Below are positions 43,388 to 53,311 of a DNA stretch of 64,000 nucleotides, piece by piece; within the stretch, counting starts at the first letter, position 1; each line of letters starts with the position of its first letter. The translations under genes were made by a program, and so were the position numbers. The notes beneath the pieces were generated by a model that did not search any database, was not told the DNA's origin, and worked only from the letters and a program-made list of their open reading frames with translations. The stretch is from an uncultured Candidatus Saccharibacteria bacterium (GTDB lineage: Bacteria; Patescibacteriota; Saccharimonadia; Saccharimonadales; CAYLGV01). Location: positions 26,873 through 90,872 of the forward strand of contig CAYMZG010000005.1 of NCBI GenBank assembly GCA_964394925.1, written 5' to 3'.

Positions 43388-44616
43388 TGGCACAAAACAA
43401 TATTCGTATGGCCATGAATTCGATCGGCGCCTACAAGTGGCGCAGCTTCCTCACTATGCTGGGCATCATTATTAGCGTTGTCAGTATTGTAACCATTGTG
43501 TCGCTTGGCGAGGGTGTGAAACACCAGCTCAATGCGCAAATCACGCACACTGGCAAGGATCTCATCACGGTTCGTGGCGGCACTATCGTTGAGCGTAACA
43601 ACAAGGGTGAAATAACGCACGTCAATCTCCTGAACCTGTTCGCGGGCAATAACTTGAATGAGGCGGACTACCAGGTTGTAAGTAAGGTGCCGTCGGTCCA
43701 GTTGGTGGTACCGTTTGCTTCGCTATCGGGCACGCCAGTAACCGATGATGGTGTGCAGTCGAATACTATCTCGACGGTGGCGACTACCGGCAAGGCGGCC
43801 GATGCACTCAGTCAAGATGTGCAATACGGTGGTTTTTTCAGTGATTCAGATAGCGATAGCGCCACAGCAGTTATTGGTAAGCAGGTTGCTGAACAGCTGT
43901 TTAAAGAAGATGCACCAATCGGCAAATCTTTCCAGCTTCGGGGCCAGCGCGTCGTGGTACAGGGTGTCTTCAAAAAGTTTGCTGCGAGCCCCCTCACGCC
44001 AGGGATTGACTATAATAACACTATCTTTGTACCCTACTCCTTCGGTCAGCGTGTGACAGGTGCGAGCCTGCAGCCCTACCAAATCTTGGTTCGGCCCAAG
44101 CCAGGAGTCAGTTCACAACAAGCCGCCGACGACGTCACAAAGGCGCTCAAAGAAGCCCATGGTGGTCAAACAGACTTTACTGTTTTGCAGGCGACCGACA
44201 ACTTAACGCTCGCTGGCACAGCACTCAGTTTAATAACAAACGTGGTAGCTGCAATCGCAGCGGTTTCACTAATCGTTGGCGGTATCGGCATTATGAATAT
44301 CATGCTGGTTTCGGTGAGTGAACGAACGCACGAGATCGGTGTGCGTAAGGCGGTCGGTGCTACCAACAAGCAGATCCTGCACCAGTTTATGACAGAAGCA
44401 GTGACGCTTACCGCAACCGGTGGTGTTTTGGGTGTTATTTTTGCTCTGCTGGCAAACTATTTGCTGCGCATATTCACTAATCTTCAACCAGTTATTACAC
44501 TGCCAATCGTCTTCGTAGCCGTGCTCGTTGCGATGGTAGTTGGCACGGTCTTCGGTATGGCTCCTGCCCTGCAAGCTGCTCGCAAAGATCCCATAGAAGC
44601 ACTGCGACGGATTTAA
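43387..44616 (+). CDS. ABC transporter permease (MacB-like periplasmic domain + FtsX)
   Basis: TAATG overlap with the ATPase gene. Four TM segments and a large extracytoplasmic loop. Confidence 0.85.
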   Translation: MAQNNIRMAMNSIGAYKWRSFLTMLGIIISVVSIVTIVSLGEGVKHQLNAQITHTGKDLITVRGGTIVERNNKGEITHVNLLNLFAGNNLNEADYQVVSKVPSVQLVVPFASLSGTPVTDDGVQSNTISTVATTGKAADALSQDVQYGGFFSDSDSDSATAVIGKQVAEQLFKEDAPIGKSFQLRGQRVVVQGVFKKFAASPLTPGIDYNNTIFVPYSFGQRVTGASLQPYQILVRPKPGVSSQQAADDVTKALKEAHGGQTDFTVLQATDNLTLAGTALSLITNVVAAIAAVSLIVGGIGIMNIMLVSVSERTHEIGVRKAVGATNKQILHQFMTEAVTLTATGGVLGVIFALLANYLLRIFTNLQPVITLPIVFVAVLVAMVVGTVFGMAPALQAARKDPIEALRRI

Positions 44617-44619
44617 ACT

Positions 44620-45072
44620 ATGAACATTACTATTGTGGCAATCGGCAAAAAACGGACCGAATACTTCGAGGCAGCACTCGCAGAATACCAAAAGCGATTG
44701 TCACGTTGGGTGTGTGTAACATGGCATATCATCCCGGCCAGCGATGCTTTAACTGAGACGGCTCAGGTGGGCAAACTACTCAGCCAGTTTGGCTCGCAAA
44801 CGGTTAGCGTACTTCTTGATGAACGTGGTGAGCAATGGTCTACTATGCAGCTCGCTAAGCGCATCGATACCTGGCAGAATGACTCGGTCAAAGATCTGAT
44901 TATGATAATTGGTGGCGCGCACGGTGTTGCGCCTGGTGTGCTGAGCCAAGTGACGCATACGTGGTCGTTGTCTTCGTTAGTGTTCCCGCACGAGCTGGTT
45001 CGTGTGCTGCTGCTTGAGCAACTGTACCGCGCCTATGATCTCAACGCTGGCGGAAAATACCACCACGCCTAG
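44620..45072 (+). CDS. rlmH: 23S rRNA (pseudouridine1915-N3)-methyltransferase RlmH
   Basis: SPOUT-type: ITIVAIGKK...LDERG...IGGAHG...LSLS..FPHEL. Confidence 0.9.
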   Translation: MNITIVAIGKKRTEYFEAALAEYQKRLSRWVCVTWHIIPASDALTETAQVGKLLSQFGSQTVSVLLDERGEQWSTMQLAKRIDTWQNDSVKDLIMIIGGAHGVAPGVLSQVTHTWSLSSLVFPHELVRVLLLEQLYRAYDLNAGGKYHHA

Positions 45073-45812
45073 GTTATACTTCGGAATGTTGTAGCGGTAA
45101 CGATTAAGTGGTCGATGATGTCTATGCCGAGTAACTTACCGGCACTAATAAGTTGTTCGGTAATGCTTGTGTCAGCGAGGGTTGGTGCTAGTCGGCCCGA
45201 GGGATGATTATGAGCCAATATAATGGCAATAGCCCCTCGTTCAATCGCAGGCTGAAAGACCTCGCGCGGGTGCACGACGTTGGCGGTAAGACTGCCGACG
45301 GAGATTACCTCGTCGTGAATGAGCTGGTAGCGACTATTCAGGTACAAGCCCCGCAGTTGTTCTTTGCGTAAGTGCCCCATATCTCGTACATATTCGTAGG
45401 CCTGGCGGCTATTACGCACAAAGACTGGTCGTCCGCTCTGCTTGCTAAAGTAACGGCGTCCAAGTTCAAAGCTGGCCACAACTTGGCAGGCTTTTACCAG
45501 CGGGATATCGAGAGCTTCCATTAGTTTTCGCGGGTCTTCTTCGTTGGTGATCGCTTTTTCGCCGTATTCTTTCACGATCCGCCGTGACATTGCCAAGACG
45601 TCTTCGCGCTGTGTGCCAACACCCAACACCACTGAAAGCAGCTCAGCGGCGTTTAAACGCTTAACACCACTCGTGAGTAGCTTTTCTCGCGGTTTCTCGT
45701 TATCGGGGATATCACGGAAGCGTAGCATATACCGTTCATCGGTTTCGGTAAATAGGCGATCGTTGTCTTGTAATGTGTAGGTGGTGCGTATTGTATGTGG
45801 CATACCTGGCAC
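45069..45812 (-). CDS. radC: RadC-family JAB-domain protein
   Basis: LAHNHPSGRLAPT (JAMM-like) and a helix-hairpin-helix-like N-terminal part. Confidence 0.85.
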   Translation of the reverse strand: MPGMPHTIRTTYTLQDNDRLFTETDERYMLRFRDIPDNEKPREKLLTSGVKRLNAAELLSVVLGVGTQREDVLAMSRRIVKEYGEKAITNEEDPRKLMEALDIPLVKACQVVASFELGRRYFSKQSGRPVFVRNSRQAYEYVRDMGHLRKEQLRGLYLNSRYQLIHDEVISVGSLTANVVHPREVFQPAIERGAIAIILAHNHPSGRLAPTLADTSITEQLISAGKLLGIDIIDHLIVTATTFRSIT

Positions 45813-45877
45813 TATAGCAGACCAATGTGGCCCAATTTTTTGTGACCGAAGTAAAAATCAGCTCATTTAAGAATTAT

Positions 45878-48808
45878 TTAATCTTTATTGAGGCGACGTT
45901 GATAGTGGCTCTTCAGTACTGCTAAGTAGCCAACAATCGGAATAGTCAGTAATGCTATCCACGGTCCAAAGAATTTACCAAGAACACCCGCGATCAAGAA
46001 TGCAATCAAGAACCACAGTATTGCGCTACCTGCTCGCACGCGAATTCGTAGGTATTCGGCCGCCAGATAGTAATATGGGAAGACAGTAACAACTAGGAAG
46101 GTGCTCGATAGCAGACCAAAGATAAGTACAACCGAAAGCCCCTGCCAGAATGGGCTGGCAATGGCTAGCGGAATGAGCGAAACTACAGCGGTCATACTGG
46201 TCGCAAATAATGGCCGGAAACGTTCCTCGAGGGCTGCGACGGTCGCATCAATCGGCGCCATGCCCTGCCGGCGAGCCTGATTGGCATAGTCAGTTAGCAG
46301 AATGGTGTTCTTAATACTCAGGCCAACCAGTGCGAAGAAGCCGAGCATGGTAAAGAAGCTGATAGCATTGTTGGTCAGTTTGAGCCCGAGCATGACGCCA
46401 AAGATACTGAATGGAATAGCCATGAAAATTAGCAAAGGCTGCAAGAGCGAATGGAACTCTATGGCCAATAAGATGAAGATGACCACGAGTAGTACGGGGA
46501 ACGCCAGGGCAAGTGTTTTGAAAGAGTTTTGATTGTCGGATTCTTGACCGAGGTCAAAACCGATAGCATCTTTCTCTAGTCCGTAGCCAGCAACGCGTGT
46601 GTCGTCGAACTCTTTTTTAACGGCCTTTTGTGCGAGGTTAACAAGTGTTGTTGTATCGCTACCATCAAAATTGGCGTTGACGGTTACTACGACTTTCCCA
46701 TCTTTACGTTCAATAATCGCTGCGTTTGAGACGGTGGGATTTACGAATCGTGCAACGCTGTTATTTGGTCGTTTAAGCTCGGCGGTTTTCATCCATGTTT
46801 GCAGATCATTGGCGAGCTTGTTAGCAGCTTCGCGGTTATCGGCCTTAATTTGAACCGTAAAGCCCGAAGAAGGCGGACCGAGGTCTACTTGCGATACTGC
46901 AACCGGCGCAGCTTGAAAGTCTTTATCAAACGATGCTTGAAGTTTCGTTACCAGCTCTGGTGAGGTAATGTCACGCTGGCTGTACGGCTTTAAATCAATA
47001 CTTAGTGCTGCCGACTGGGTGCTACCCGTAGCGTAGTAGGACGCTTTAACGAAGTTGTCGCCCAGTACTTGACTCGTCACTTTCTCGGCTTCAGCTGTTA
47101 TTAGCTCGGCTTCATCAATAGTTGTGCCGGGTTTGAAGCTAACACTTACCATAAGTTTATTTGTATCTTTGGATGGTGGGAAGATATTGAAGATAACGTC
47201 ACGGGCAATGAACATGCCAGCGCCAACAAACAGTAGTCCAACTAGGATGGCTGATGCGATCACAGCGCCGAGGCGCTTACGCGAACGACGTGCCCATAAC
47301 ATAGGGCTTGCAATGAACGCTGCCAAGCGTGCCTCAAAACCAGCGCTCAGCTCCTTAACTCCACCCTTCTTAAGCTGCTTTTTGCCCAATAAAAGGAACC
47401 TACTAAAGAATGGTATAAAGATCAATGCAACCAGCAAACTAATGAGTAGTGACGCGATCAGGGTAATAGGAATGGCGCGAATAAAGGTGCCCAGAATACC
47501 ACCCACGAATAGCAGTGGCGCAAAGCTTAGACAGGCGGTGAGCGTTGCAGCAAGCATAGCGCGACTAATTTTAGTCGCCGCCTCTTTAACGATTTCACGG
47601 CGGTCTTTTAGCCGTTTACGGGCAGCGTCAATCGCCTCAACCATAATAATGGTGTCATCAACAATGAGCGCCAAGCCTAGGATGAGGGCAAACAGCGTGA
47701 TGACGTTTAGGGTGTAGCCCGACAAGTACATGAGGCCAAGCGTTGCCAGCAAGACGGTTATCATAGAAACCACGGTTATTACCGATGCCCTAATTGCAAT
47801 GACTATTGAGCCAACAACTAGCACGGCTAGGAGGCCTTCGATCAACACGCGCTGTAGTTCGCCAATATTGTCTTTAATGGAAGGCGCAAAACTGGCACTT
47901 ACTTTCGCTCCGTAACCTTCGAACTGTGGCTGCTTCAACATCTCATTGATGGCTTTCTCGACGTTATTATTGAGTTTAATAACATCGGTGCCCTTTTCGG
48001 TCGATATACCAATTAAGACTGAGTTGTAAAACTTGTTGCTGTCGCCTTCCCGCTGGCCATAGCCATCGAAGTTTTTCTGCACCGATATGGGCTTGCCGGT
48101 AGCTGGATCAGTGCTGACTTCGTAGGGGCTTTTGATGAACACTGCTTTAACGCCTGGTATGTTTTGCTGCTTGAGCCAGTTAGCGGCTGCTTCGGCCTTG
48201 GCGGCAGTTTGTGCGGTAGGTGCCGTGCCGGTCTTGTCGTAGAACGAAATCGCTTCATCGATTTGCTGGATATCCCCACCGGTTGCCCCAAAGTATGGTG
48301 CGTTAAAGCGCACCTGCGCTTGTGGCGGTAATTTGCCAGAGTCTTTGACAGCTTTATCGAGTCGTGCCGAGGCGCTCTGGGCATCGGTGCCGTCTTTATA
48401 CTGGATTGAGACGGTAAAGAAGTTCGGTGCGCTGGTGCTACTAACTGCTTTAACGTCTTTATCGGCCAGGGCAATTTCTGAGATCGGCTTGGCGGCCTGC
48501 TGATCAACCTTGACTGGATCATTTACAAAATATCCGCCCGTGACAATGTTGAGGGGGATATTTACGCTCGGGAAACCTTCGCGGCGAAGAAAAGTGGTAT
48601 AGCTGAGGAAGCCAAACACAACAATTGTGAGCCACAGTACAAACGTCAGTAGTGGCCTATCAAAAAATAGTAGCGTCAGGCGCGGTAATAACTTATCTTT
48701 TGGTGCAATTTGTTTTGTTGGCGCGGTTTTTTGGCTTTTAGTGGCTTTGGTAGCTGTCTTTGCAGTAGCTTTTGTAGACTTTTCTCGTGTAACCGATTTC
48801 TTGGCCAT
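45878..48808 (-). CDS. RND-superfamily efflux transporter permease (AcrB-like)
   Basis: 976 aa with two TM bundles and two large extracytoplasmic domains. No adjacent MFP or OMF gene. Confidence 0.85.
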   Translation of the reverse strand: MAKKSVTREKSTKATAKTATKATKSQKTAPTKQIAPKDKLLPRLTLLFFDRPLLTFVLWLTIVVFGFLSYTTFLRREGFPSVNIPLNIVTGGYFVNDPVKVDQQAAKPISEIALADKDVKAVSSTSAPNFFTVSIQYKDGTDAQSASARLDKAVKDSGKLPPQAQVRFNAPYFGATGGDIQQIDEAISFYDKTGTAPTAQTAAKAEAAANWLKQQNIPGVKAVFIKSPYEVSTDPATGKPISVQKNFDGYGQREGDSNKFYNSVLIGISTEKGTDVIKLNNNVEKAINEMLKQPQFEGYGAKVSASFAPSIKDNIGELQRVLIEGLLAVLVVGSIVIAIRASVITVVSMITVLLATLGLMYLSGYTLNVITLFALILGLALIVDDTIIMVEAIDAARKRLKDRREIVKEAATKISRAMLAATLTACLSFAPLLFVGGILGTFIRAIPITLIASLLISLLVALIFIPFFSRFLLLGKKQLKKGGVKELSAGFEARLAAFIASPMLWARRSRKRLGAVIASAILVGLLFVGAGMFIARDVIFNIFPPSKDTNKLMVSVSFKPGTTIDEAELITAEAEKVTSQVLGDNFVKASYYATGSTQSAALSIDLKPYSQRDITSPELVTKLQASFDKDFQAAPVAVSQVDLGPPSSGFTVQIKADNREAANKLANDLQTWMKTAELKRPNNSVARFVNPTVSNAAIIERKDGKVVVTVNANFDGSDTTTLVNLAQKAVKKEFDDTRVAGYGLEKDAIGFDLGQESDNQNSFKTLALAFPVLLVVIFILLAIEFHSLLQPLLIFMAIPFSIFGVMLGLKLTNNAISFFTMLGFFALVGLSIKNTILLTDYANQARRQGMAPIDATVAALEERFRPLFATSMTAVVSLIPLAIASPFWQGLSVVLIFGLLSSTFLVVTVFPYYYLAAEYLRIRVRAGSAILWFLIAFLIAGVLGKFFGPWIALLTIPIVGYLAVLKSHYQRRLNKD

Positions 48809-48867
48809 ACTCCCTCTTTCTGTTGCTATAGATATGGTAGCAGAGTAATGGTTAAAAGAAAGCCTAG

Positions 48868-49158
48868 TTACGGGCTTTCAGGTGTGTCGACAGGTTTACC
48901 TTGCCAAAAGAGTTTCCAGAGCATCGCCGGTGTGCGCTTCCAGCCTTCTTTTTTTGCTTGGTCTAAGGCTACACGCCCCGCCAGTCCAACCCCAATCAGG
49001 CCAATTAACACCTGAATTCCCCAGACGGTGGCACGAAATTCATTGCTTGCATCGGTGCTGGTGAGCTGGTTGTTATTATGCGCAATGTACAGACCAACTT
49101 GAGCGAACGGTAGCCATGAAATAACCACTAATATAATCCCTAAACGCAATCGTTTCAT
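48868..49158 (-). CDS. small membrane protein
   Basis: 96-aa ORF with two hydrophobic segments. Confidence 0.5.
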   Translation of the reverse strand: MKRLRLGIILVVISWLPFAQVGLYIAHNNNQLTSTDASNEFRATVWGIQVLIGLIGVGLAGRVALDQAKKEGWKRTPAMLWKLFWQGKPVDTPESP

Positions 49159-49185
49159 AGATCTAGCATAGCAGACGTTAACCTA

Positions 49186-49725
49186 TTATTGGACATGAAT
49201 TGGCTCAAGCAGTACACCGTTCTTGGCCACATTTGTCTCGGTACACATGGCGCTGTTAAAACAGCACGGCCGTCGCATGCCTGAGTTCATCTTTGAGATT
49301 GCTACGTCTACTCTTCGTGCCCTCGTGCCAGCCTGTTTGGTGGATCTGATCCAACGTAGCCACTCCCATTGTGCCTTTGGGGTGACATTATCCCAGACGG
49401 CCTGCGCCTTGGGCGCTTTTTTTAAAGCTTTGGCGAGATCAGTTGGCGTTTCTGGTCGCGGCCAGTCAGTTGCCGGTTGAATAGTTACCTCAATATTGTC
49501 GCCATCTTGTACGTTAGCTAATGTGCGCAGTGCTTGATTGATATTAAACCAATGGCCACCTCGCCCATCGGGCTCAAGCGGCGCGGTAAATGGTTGGCCA
49601 TTAAGCGTACCATTGCCCATCACCAAGCCGCGTGAAGGTAGCTTCTTGCTGGCCTCACTCGGCAGATGCACAATGAGCCAATCTTCAATGGTATAGATTT
49701 TTACGCTAAAACTGATCTTTGTCAT
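49186..49725 (-). CDS. DUF1905 / YdeI-like protein
   Basis: The N-terminal beta domain has PSRGLVMGNGTLNG. The C-terminus has WEWLRWIRSTKQAGTRARR. Family recalled from memory. Confidence 0.6.
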   Translation of the reverse strand: MTKISFSVKIYTIEDWLIVHLPSEASKKLPSRGLVMGNGTLNGQPFTAPLEPDGRGGHWFNINQALRTLANVQDGDNIEVTIQPATDWPRPETPTDLAKALKKAPKAQAVWDNVTPKAQWEWLRWIRSTKQAGTRARRVDVAISKMNSGMRRPCCFNSAMCTETNVAKNGVLLEPIHVQ

Positions 49726-49732
49726 ATACGTA

Positions 49733-50302
49733 TCATACCAAGTGCGACGGTAGGTCTGGAAGTGTCAGTAATTGTTTGAGCTGATCCTTGCACCACCAGC
49801 TCCACGTATCATTGTCGTCGCTCAGGGCGTTCTTGGTGAACTCATCCCAGGTGAGCCAATGAAAATCATCAACTTCTAAAGCATTAGGTTGTGGCTCATC
49901 AGTGGTGTTGGCAAAGTATAACGGGCATACCTCATGCTCAATAATCCCGTTAAATGGTGGGGTTTGATACCGATAATCCGGCAACAAGCAGCGCAGATCT
50001 GTCACGGTCATACCCAGCTCATAGGCAACACGGCGTGTAATTGCGTCAGATATTGGTTCATCTGGCGCTGGATGGCCACAACAACTGTTTGTCCATACAC
50101 CAGGCCATACCTTTTTTGAATGGGCGCGCTGCGTGACCAAGATCTTGCCGTCGCTCCTAAAGATATACACCGAAAACGCCAAATGAAGTGGTGTGTTGGC
50201 ATGATGGCTCGCTAGTTTTGGCGCACTGCCAATTGGTTTGCCCGCATCATCGACCAATACTATGAGGTCTTGAGTGGCGGGATCAATGGTCGATTCGCTC
50301 AT
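49733..50302 (-). CDS. idi: isopentenyl-diphosphate delta-isomerase, type 1 (Nudix)
   Basis: LHLAFSVYIF...TNSCCGHP...E motifs. Confidence 0.85.
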   Translation of the reverse strand: MSESTIDPATQDLIVLVDDAGKPIGSAPKLASHHANTPLHLAFSVYIFRSDGKILVTQRAHSKKVWPGVWTNSCCGHPAPDEPISDAITRRVAYELGMTVTDLRCLLPDYRYQTPPFNGIIEHEVCPLYFANTTDEPQPNALEVDDFHWLTWDEFTKNALSDDNDTWSWWCKDQLKQLLTLPDLPSHLV

Positions 50303-51165
50303 TTTGCTAGCCTACTTACGATGAGAATCAGCGTTACCACAAACCCGGTGAACTGATTAAGTAGCAAGAATTTGCGCCAGCCTTTATTGGCCTGCTCACA
50401 CTGTTTGTCGGTGAGATTACGAAACGGCCAGACCATGGCTACGTAGCCAAGGGCTGGTATGCTGACCAGTATGGCTGGCCAACCGCAAAATGCCAGTAGT
50501 ACAATGGCACCGATGTAGAGCGCTAGACTCAGCTGAATGGTCTTAGCGGCACCCAAATATGTTCCAACCGAGGCAATCTTGGCGGCTCGGTCGGCTCGGA
50601 TATCTTGCACTGCTCCAAATGCGTGACTGGCACAACCCCACAGAAAAAACGCCAGCACATACGGCCAATACGCACTTCGCCAACCTGTAATGAGCATGGC
50701 AAAGATAAGTGGGCTCACAAAGTGAAAGCTGGAGTTCATTGAGTCAAGAAATGGCCGCTCTTTGAGCCGAAATGGTGGCATGCTGTAGGAAATTGCACCG
50801 AAGGCGATGAGGCCCAAGAATACATTGCTCAGTAGACTGCCGTGCACGAATAAGTAAGCTAATACAACAGCGTTAAAGAGGGCTGTGGCAACCAGCATAA
50901 AACGATGTGTTTCGGGTGGTAAAAGCCCGCCCTCAATACTATTCTTGCGCGGATTACGCAGGTCCGACTCATAGTCGTATACATCATTAACCACGTACAC
51001 CAAGCAGTTATACGGGATCAAAAAGTAAAATGTGGCGATAACAAAATAAGCATTTACAGAACCGCCGGTAGCAAGGTAGCCGGCCGCAAATGGAAAAGCG
51101 GTGTTGATCCACGAAATCGGCCGAGACGAGACGAGAATCTTTTTGAGTTTAGCTGCGGTGTTCAT
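50299..51165 (-). CDS. crtEb: UbiA-family prenyltransferase, lycopene elongase (CrtEb)-like
   Basis: Multi-TM protein with the Asp-rich NDVYDYESD motif. It lies directly after the two cyclase-domain genes. Confidence 0.7.
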   Translation of the reverse strand: MNTAAKLKKILVSSRPISWINTAFPFAAGYLATGGSVNAYFVIATFYFLIPYNCLVYVVNDVYDYESDLRNPRKNSIEGGLLPPETHRFMLVATALFNAVVLAYLFVHGSLLSNVFLGLIAFGAISYSMPPFRLKERPFLDSMNSSFHFVSPLIFAMLITGWRSAYWPYVLAFFLWGCASHAFGAVQDIRADRAAKIASVGTYLGAAKTIQLSLALYIGAIVLLAFCGWPAILVSIPALGYVAMVWPFRNLTDKQCEQANKGWRKFLLLNQFTGFVVTLILIVSRLAK

Positions 51166-51460
51166 AGTACTCCCAGAGTAGCACAACCACTATGACGGAT
51201 ACGACTGCATAGGCAAAGTCCTCGATGGGCGCGCGGCCAATGTAGGCGCCAAGGATCCGGCTTGTGTCATATGCCACAATGCCCGCCGCAATAATGAGCG
51301 AATCAAAAATTGCCGTCAGCCCCAACACAAGTGCAAGTGTGTACCAAAATGGTGTTACGATGCTCTGCCCTGAGCCATGGCGTATTAATTTTCGTATTAA
51401 CACATAGCCCACGCCGACAACCAGCGCAAGCACGAGACCATTCAATAGTAGATAATTCAT
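51149..51460 (-). CDS. crtYf: lycopene cyclase domain protein, small subunit (CrtYf/CrtYd-like)
   Basis: 103 aa, three TM segments, one of an adjacent pair of equal size. Confidence 0.7.
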   Translation of the reverse strand: MNYLLLNGLVLALVVGVGYVLIRKLIRHGSGQSIVTPFWYTLALVLGLTAIFDSLIIAAGIVAYDTSRILGAYIGRAPIEDFAYAVVSVIVVVLLWEYYEHRS

Positions 51461-51768
51461 GCCCCACCCCGCTTCTGCTTAATAATCAGGTACGTGATGA
51501 GGCTTGTGTAATTGAGGAGTAACAAAAAGAACAGTTCTTCAACTGGAAATTGCCCAATACGCAGGCCAATAAGGTAGTTGTTGTTACCGATGAAAAAGAT
51601 ATGCCAAGCTATGCCAGCGATGTCCCAAATAATGAATAAAGTAATACTAATGAGCATTATGGTTGCGGTTTGGCGTGGATGTTTAAAGAACGCTAGCTCA
51701 AGGTGGTAGTCAATACATAGTAAACCGCTGAGTGAAACGAGCAATGCTATAAGGTATGCGCCGGCCAT
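51457..51768 (-). CDS. crtYe: lycopene cyclase domain protein, small subunit (CrtYe/CrtYc-like)
   Basis: The start was moved to MAGAYLIALL. 103 aa, three TM segments. ATGA-type overlap with the next gene. Confidence 0.7.
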   Translation of the reverse strand: MAGAYLIALLVSLSGLLCIDYHLELAFFKHPRQTATIMLISITLFIIWDIAGIAWHIFFIGNNNYLIGLRIGQFPVEELFFLLLLNYTSLITYLIIKQKRGGA

Positions 51769-51784
51769 GTTTACTGTGCCATCC

Positions 51785-53311
51785 CTAAACCCTGATGTCC
51801 TTAATGGTCTTTGGTGCGCCAGCTGACCAGTCCTTGACCACATGCTTGTACACCAGTTGTGCGCTGATCAGGCACATTGGCACACCAATGCCCGGCTGGG
51901 TTCCACCTCCGACGTAATAGAGATTACGGACGCGTTTACTCTTCACACTTGGTCGTAGTATGGCGGTTTGTCGGAGGGTGTGGCTCATGCCAAGCGCGGT
52001 GTTTTGCCAAGCATTAAAGGCGTCGCCAAAGTAGCTTGGCGTACGAATTTCACGGAGCACAATCCGTTTGCGAAAATCAGGTATGCCTGTCATTGATTCG
52101 AGCTGTTCTAGGTAATGCTCGGTGTAACGAGCAACTGCTTCTGGTGTTTTGTCGGCGCCAGCTGGCAATGGCACAAGTACAAAAATGTTCTCATGTCCCT
52201 TGGGGGCGGTGGCTTTATCGGTAGCGGTGGTTTTACTCACATACATCGAGGCGCGCTCTGGCCATTCCCTCGTCTTGTAGATGTCGTCAAAATTCTCTTG
52301 CCACGCCGAGACAAAGAATAGATTATGATGCTCGAGCTCGGGCAGTGAACCCTTAACGCCCAGATACATTAGTAGGGCTGACGGCCCGGCTTGTCGTTTT
52401 GTCCAATAGGCATCGGAGTACGTGCGGTCAATCGGTTGCAGCAATGACTGCTCGGTAAAGTATAGGTCGGCATTTGATACAACAATGTCGGCGTGGATAC
52501 GTTGGCTACCAATCATGATGCCTTCGGCCTGCCCGGCCTTGGTAATAATCTGTTCCACAGGACTATCGTAGTGATACTGCACACCAAGTTCTGTGCCGAG
52601 TGCTACAAGGGCTTCGGTGACTGCGTGCATGCCTCGTTTTGCAGGATAGAATACCCCTTCCTGGAAGTCGAGGTAACTCATAAGTTGATACAGCGCAGGC
52701 GTTGTAAACGGTGAAGCGCCTAGGAATACGCTCGGATACTCTAAGATTTGCTGCAGCTCTTGTCGCTTAAAATGCTTCGCCACATAGCTATGAAGCGTCT
52801 GCGAAAACATTGGCAACAATGACGGCCCGGCGGCAATAACCTCTCGGTTCAACACATTACCATAGCGCTTAAACGGGTTATACAAAAAGTACTTAAGCGC
52901 TGCTTCGTAGTGACGTTGCCCACGCGCGAGGTACGAACGGAGTTTTTCGGCTGCCCCTGGTTCCAAGTTCTCGAAAACAGTCAGATTATCTTTGAGATTA
53001 CCCGTGATAGTAACAGGATCAATGGTTTCAAAGAAAACTTTGTAGGCCGGGTCGAGCCGTAGCAACTCAAAATAGTCGGCAACCCTTTTATCGAAAAGCT
53101 GAAAGTAGGCCTCGAACACATCACTCATGAGATACCACGATGGTCCGGTGTCAAATGTGAAGCCGTCTTTTTTGAGTAGGCCCATACGTCCGCCCGGCGT
53201 AGCGTTCTTCTCGTATACAGAAACCACCAGACCGGCTTTTGCCAGAATATTAGCCAGCGCTAAACCACCTGCCCCAGCTCCAATAATGACGGCAGTTTGT
53301 TTACTTGGCAT
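51785..53311 (-). CDS. crtI: phytoene desaturase
   Basis: AVIIGAGAGGLA FAD-binding fold and the C-terminal YYVGGGTQPGIGVPM. The start was moved to MPSKQTAV. Confidence 0.9.
   Translation of the reverse strand: MPSKQTAVIIGAGAGGLALANILAKAGLVVSVYEKNATPGGRMGLLKKDGFTFDTGPSWYLMSDVFEAYFQLFDKRVADYFELLRLDPAYKVFFETIDPVTITGNLKDNLTVFENLEPGAAEKLRSYLARGQRHYEAALKYFLYNPFKRYGNVLNREVIAAGPSLLPMFSQTLHSYVAKHFKRQELQQILEYPSVFLGASPFTTPALYQLMSYLDFQEGVFYPAKRGMHAVTEALVALGTELGVQYHYDSPVEQIITKAGQAEGIMIGSQRIHADIVVSNADLYFTEQSLLQPIDRTYSDAYWTKRQAGPSALLMYLGVKGSLPELEHHNLFFVSAWQENFDDIYKTREWPERASMYVSKTTATDKATAPKGHENIFVLVPLPAGADKTPEAVARYTEHYLEQLESMTGIPDFRKRIVLREIRTPSYFGDAFNAWQNTALGMSHTLRQTAILRPSVKSKRVRNLYYVGGGTQPGIGVPMCLISAQLVYKHVVKDWSAGAPKTIKDIRV

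Noticed and set aside
47124-47717. Long alternative-frame ORFs inside the RND transporter gene (47124-47717 +, 48013-48522 -) and inside other long genes
   Set aside because: They are fully nested in a 976-aa gene with clear family features. Their Ser/Arg/Pro-rich composition is typical of off-frame translation.
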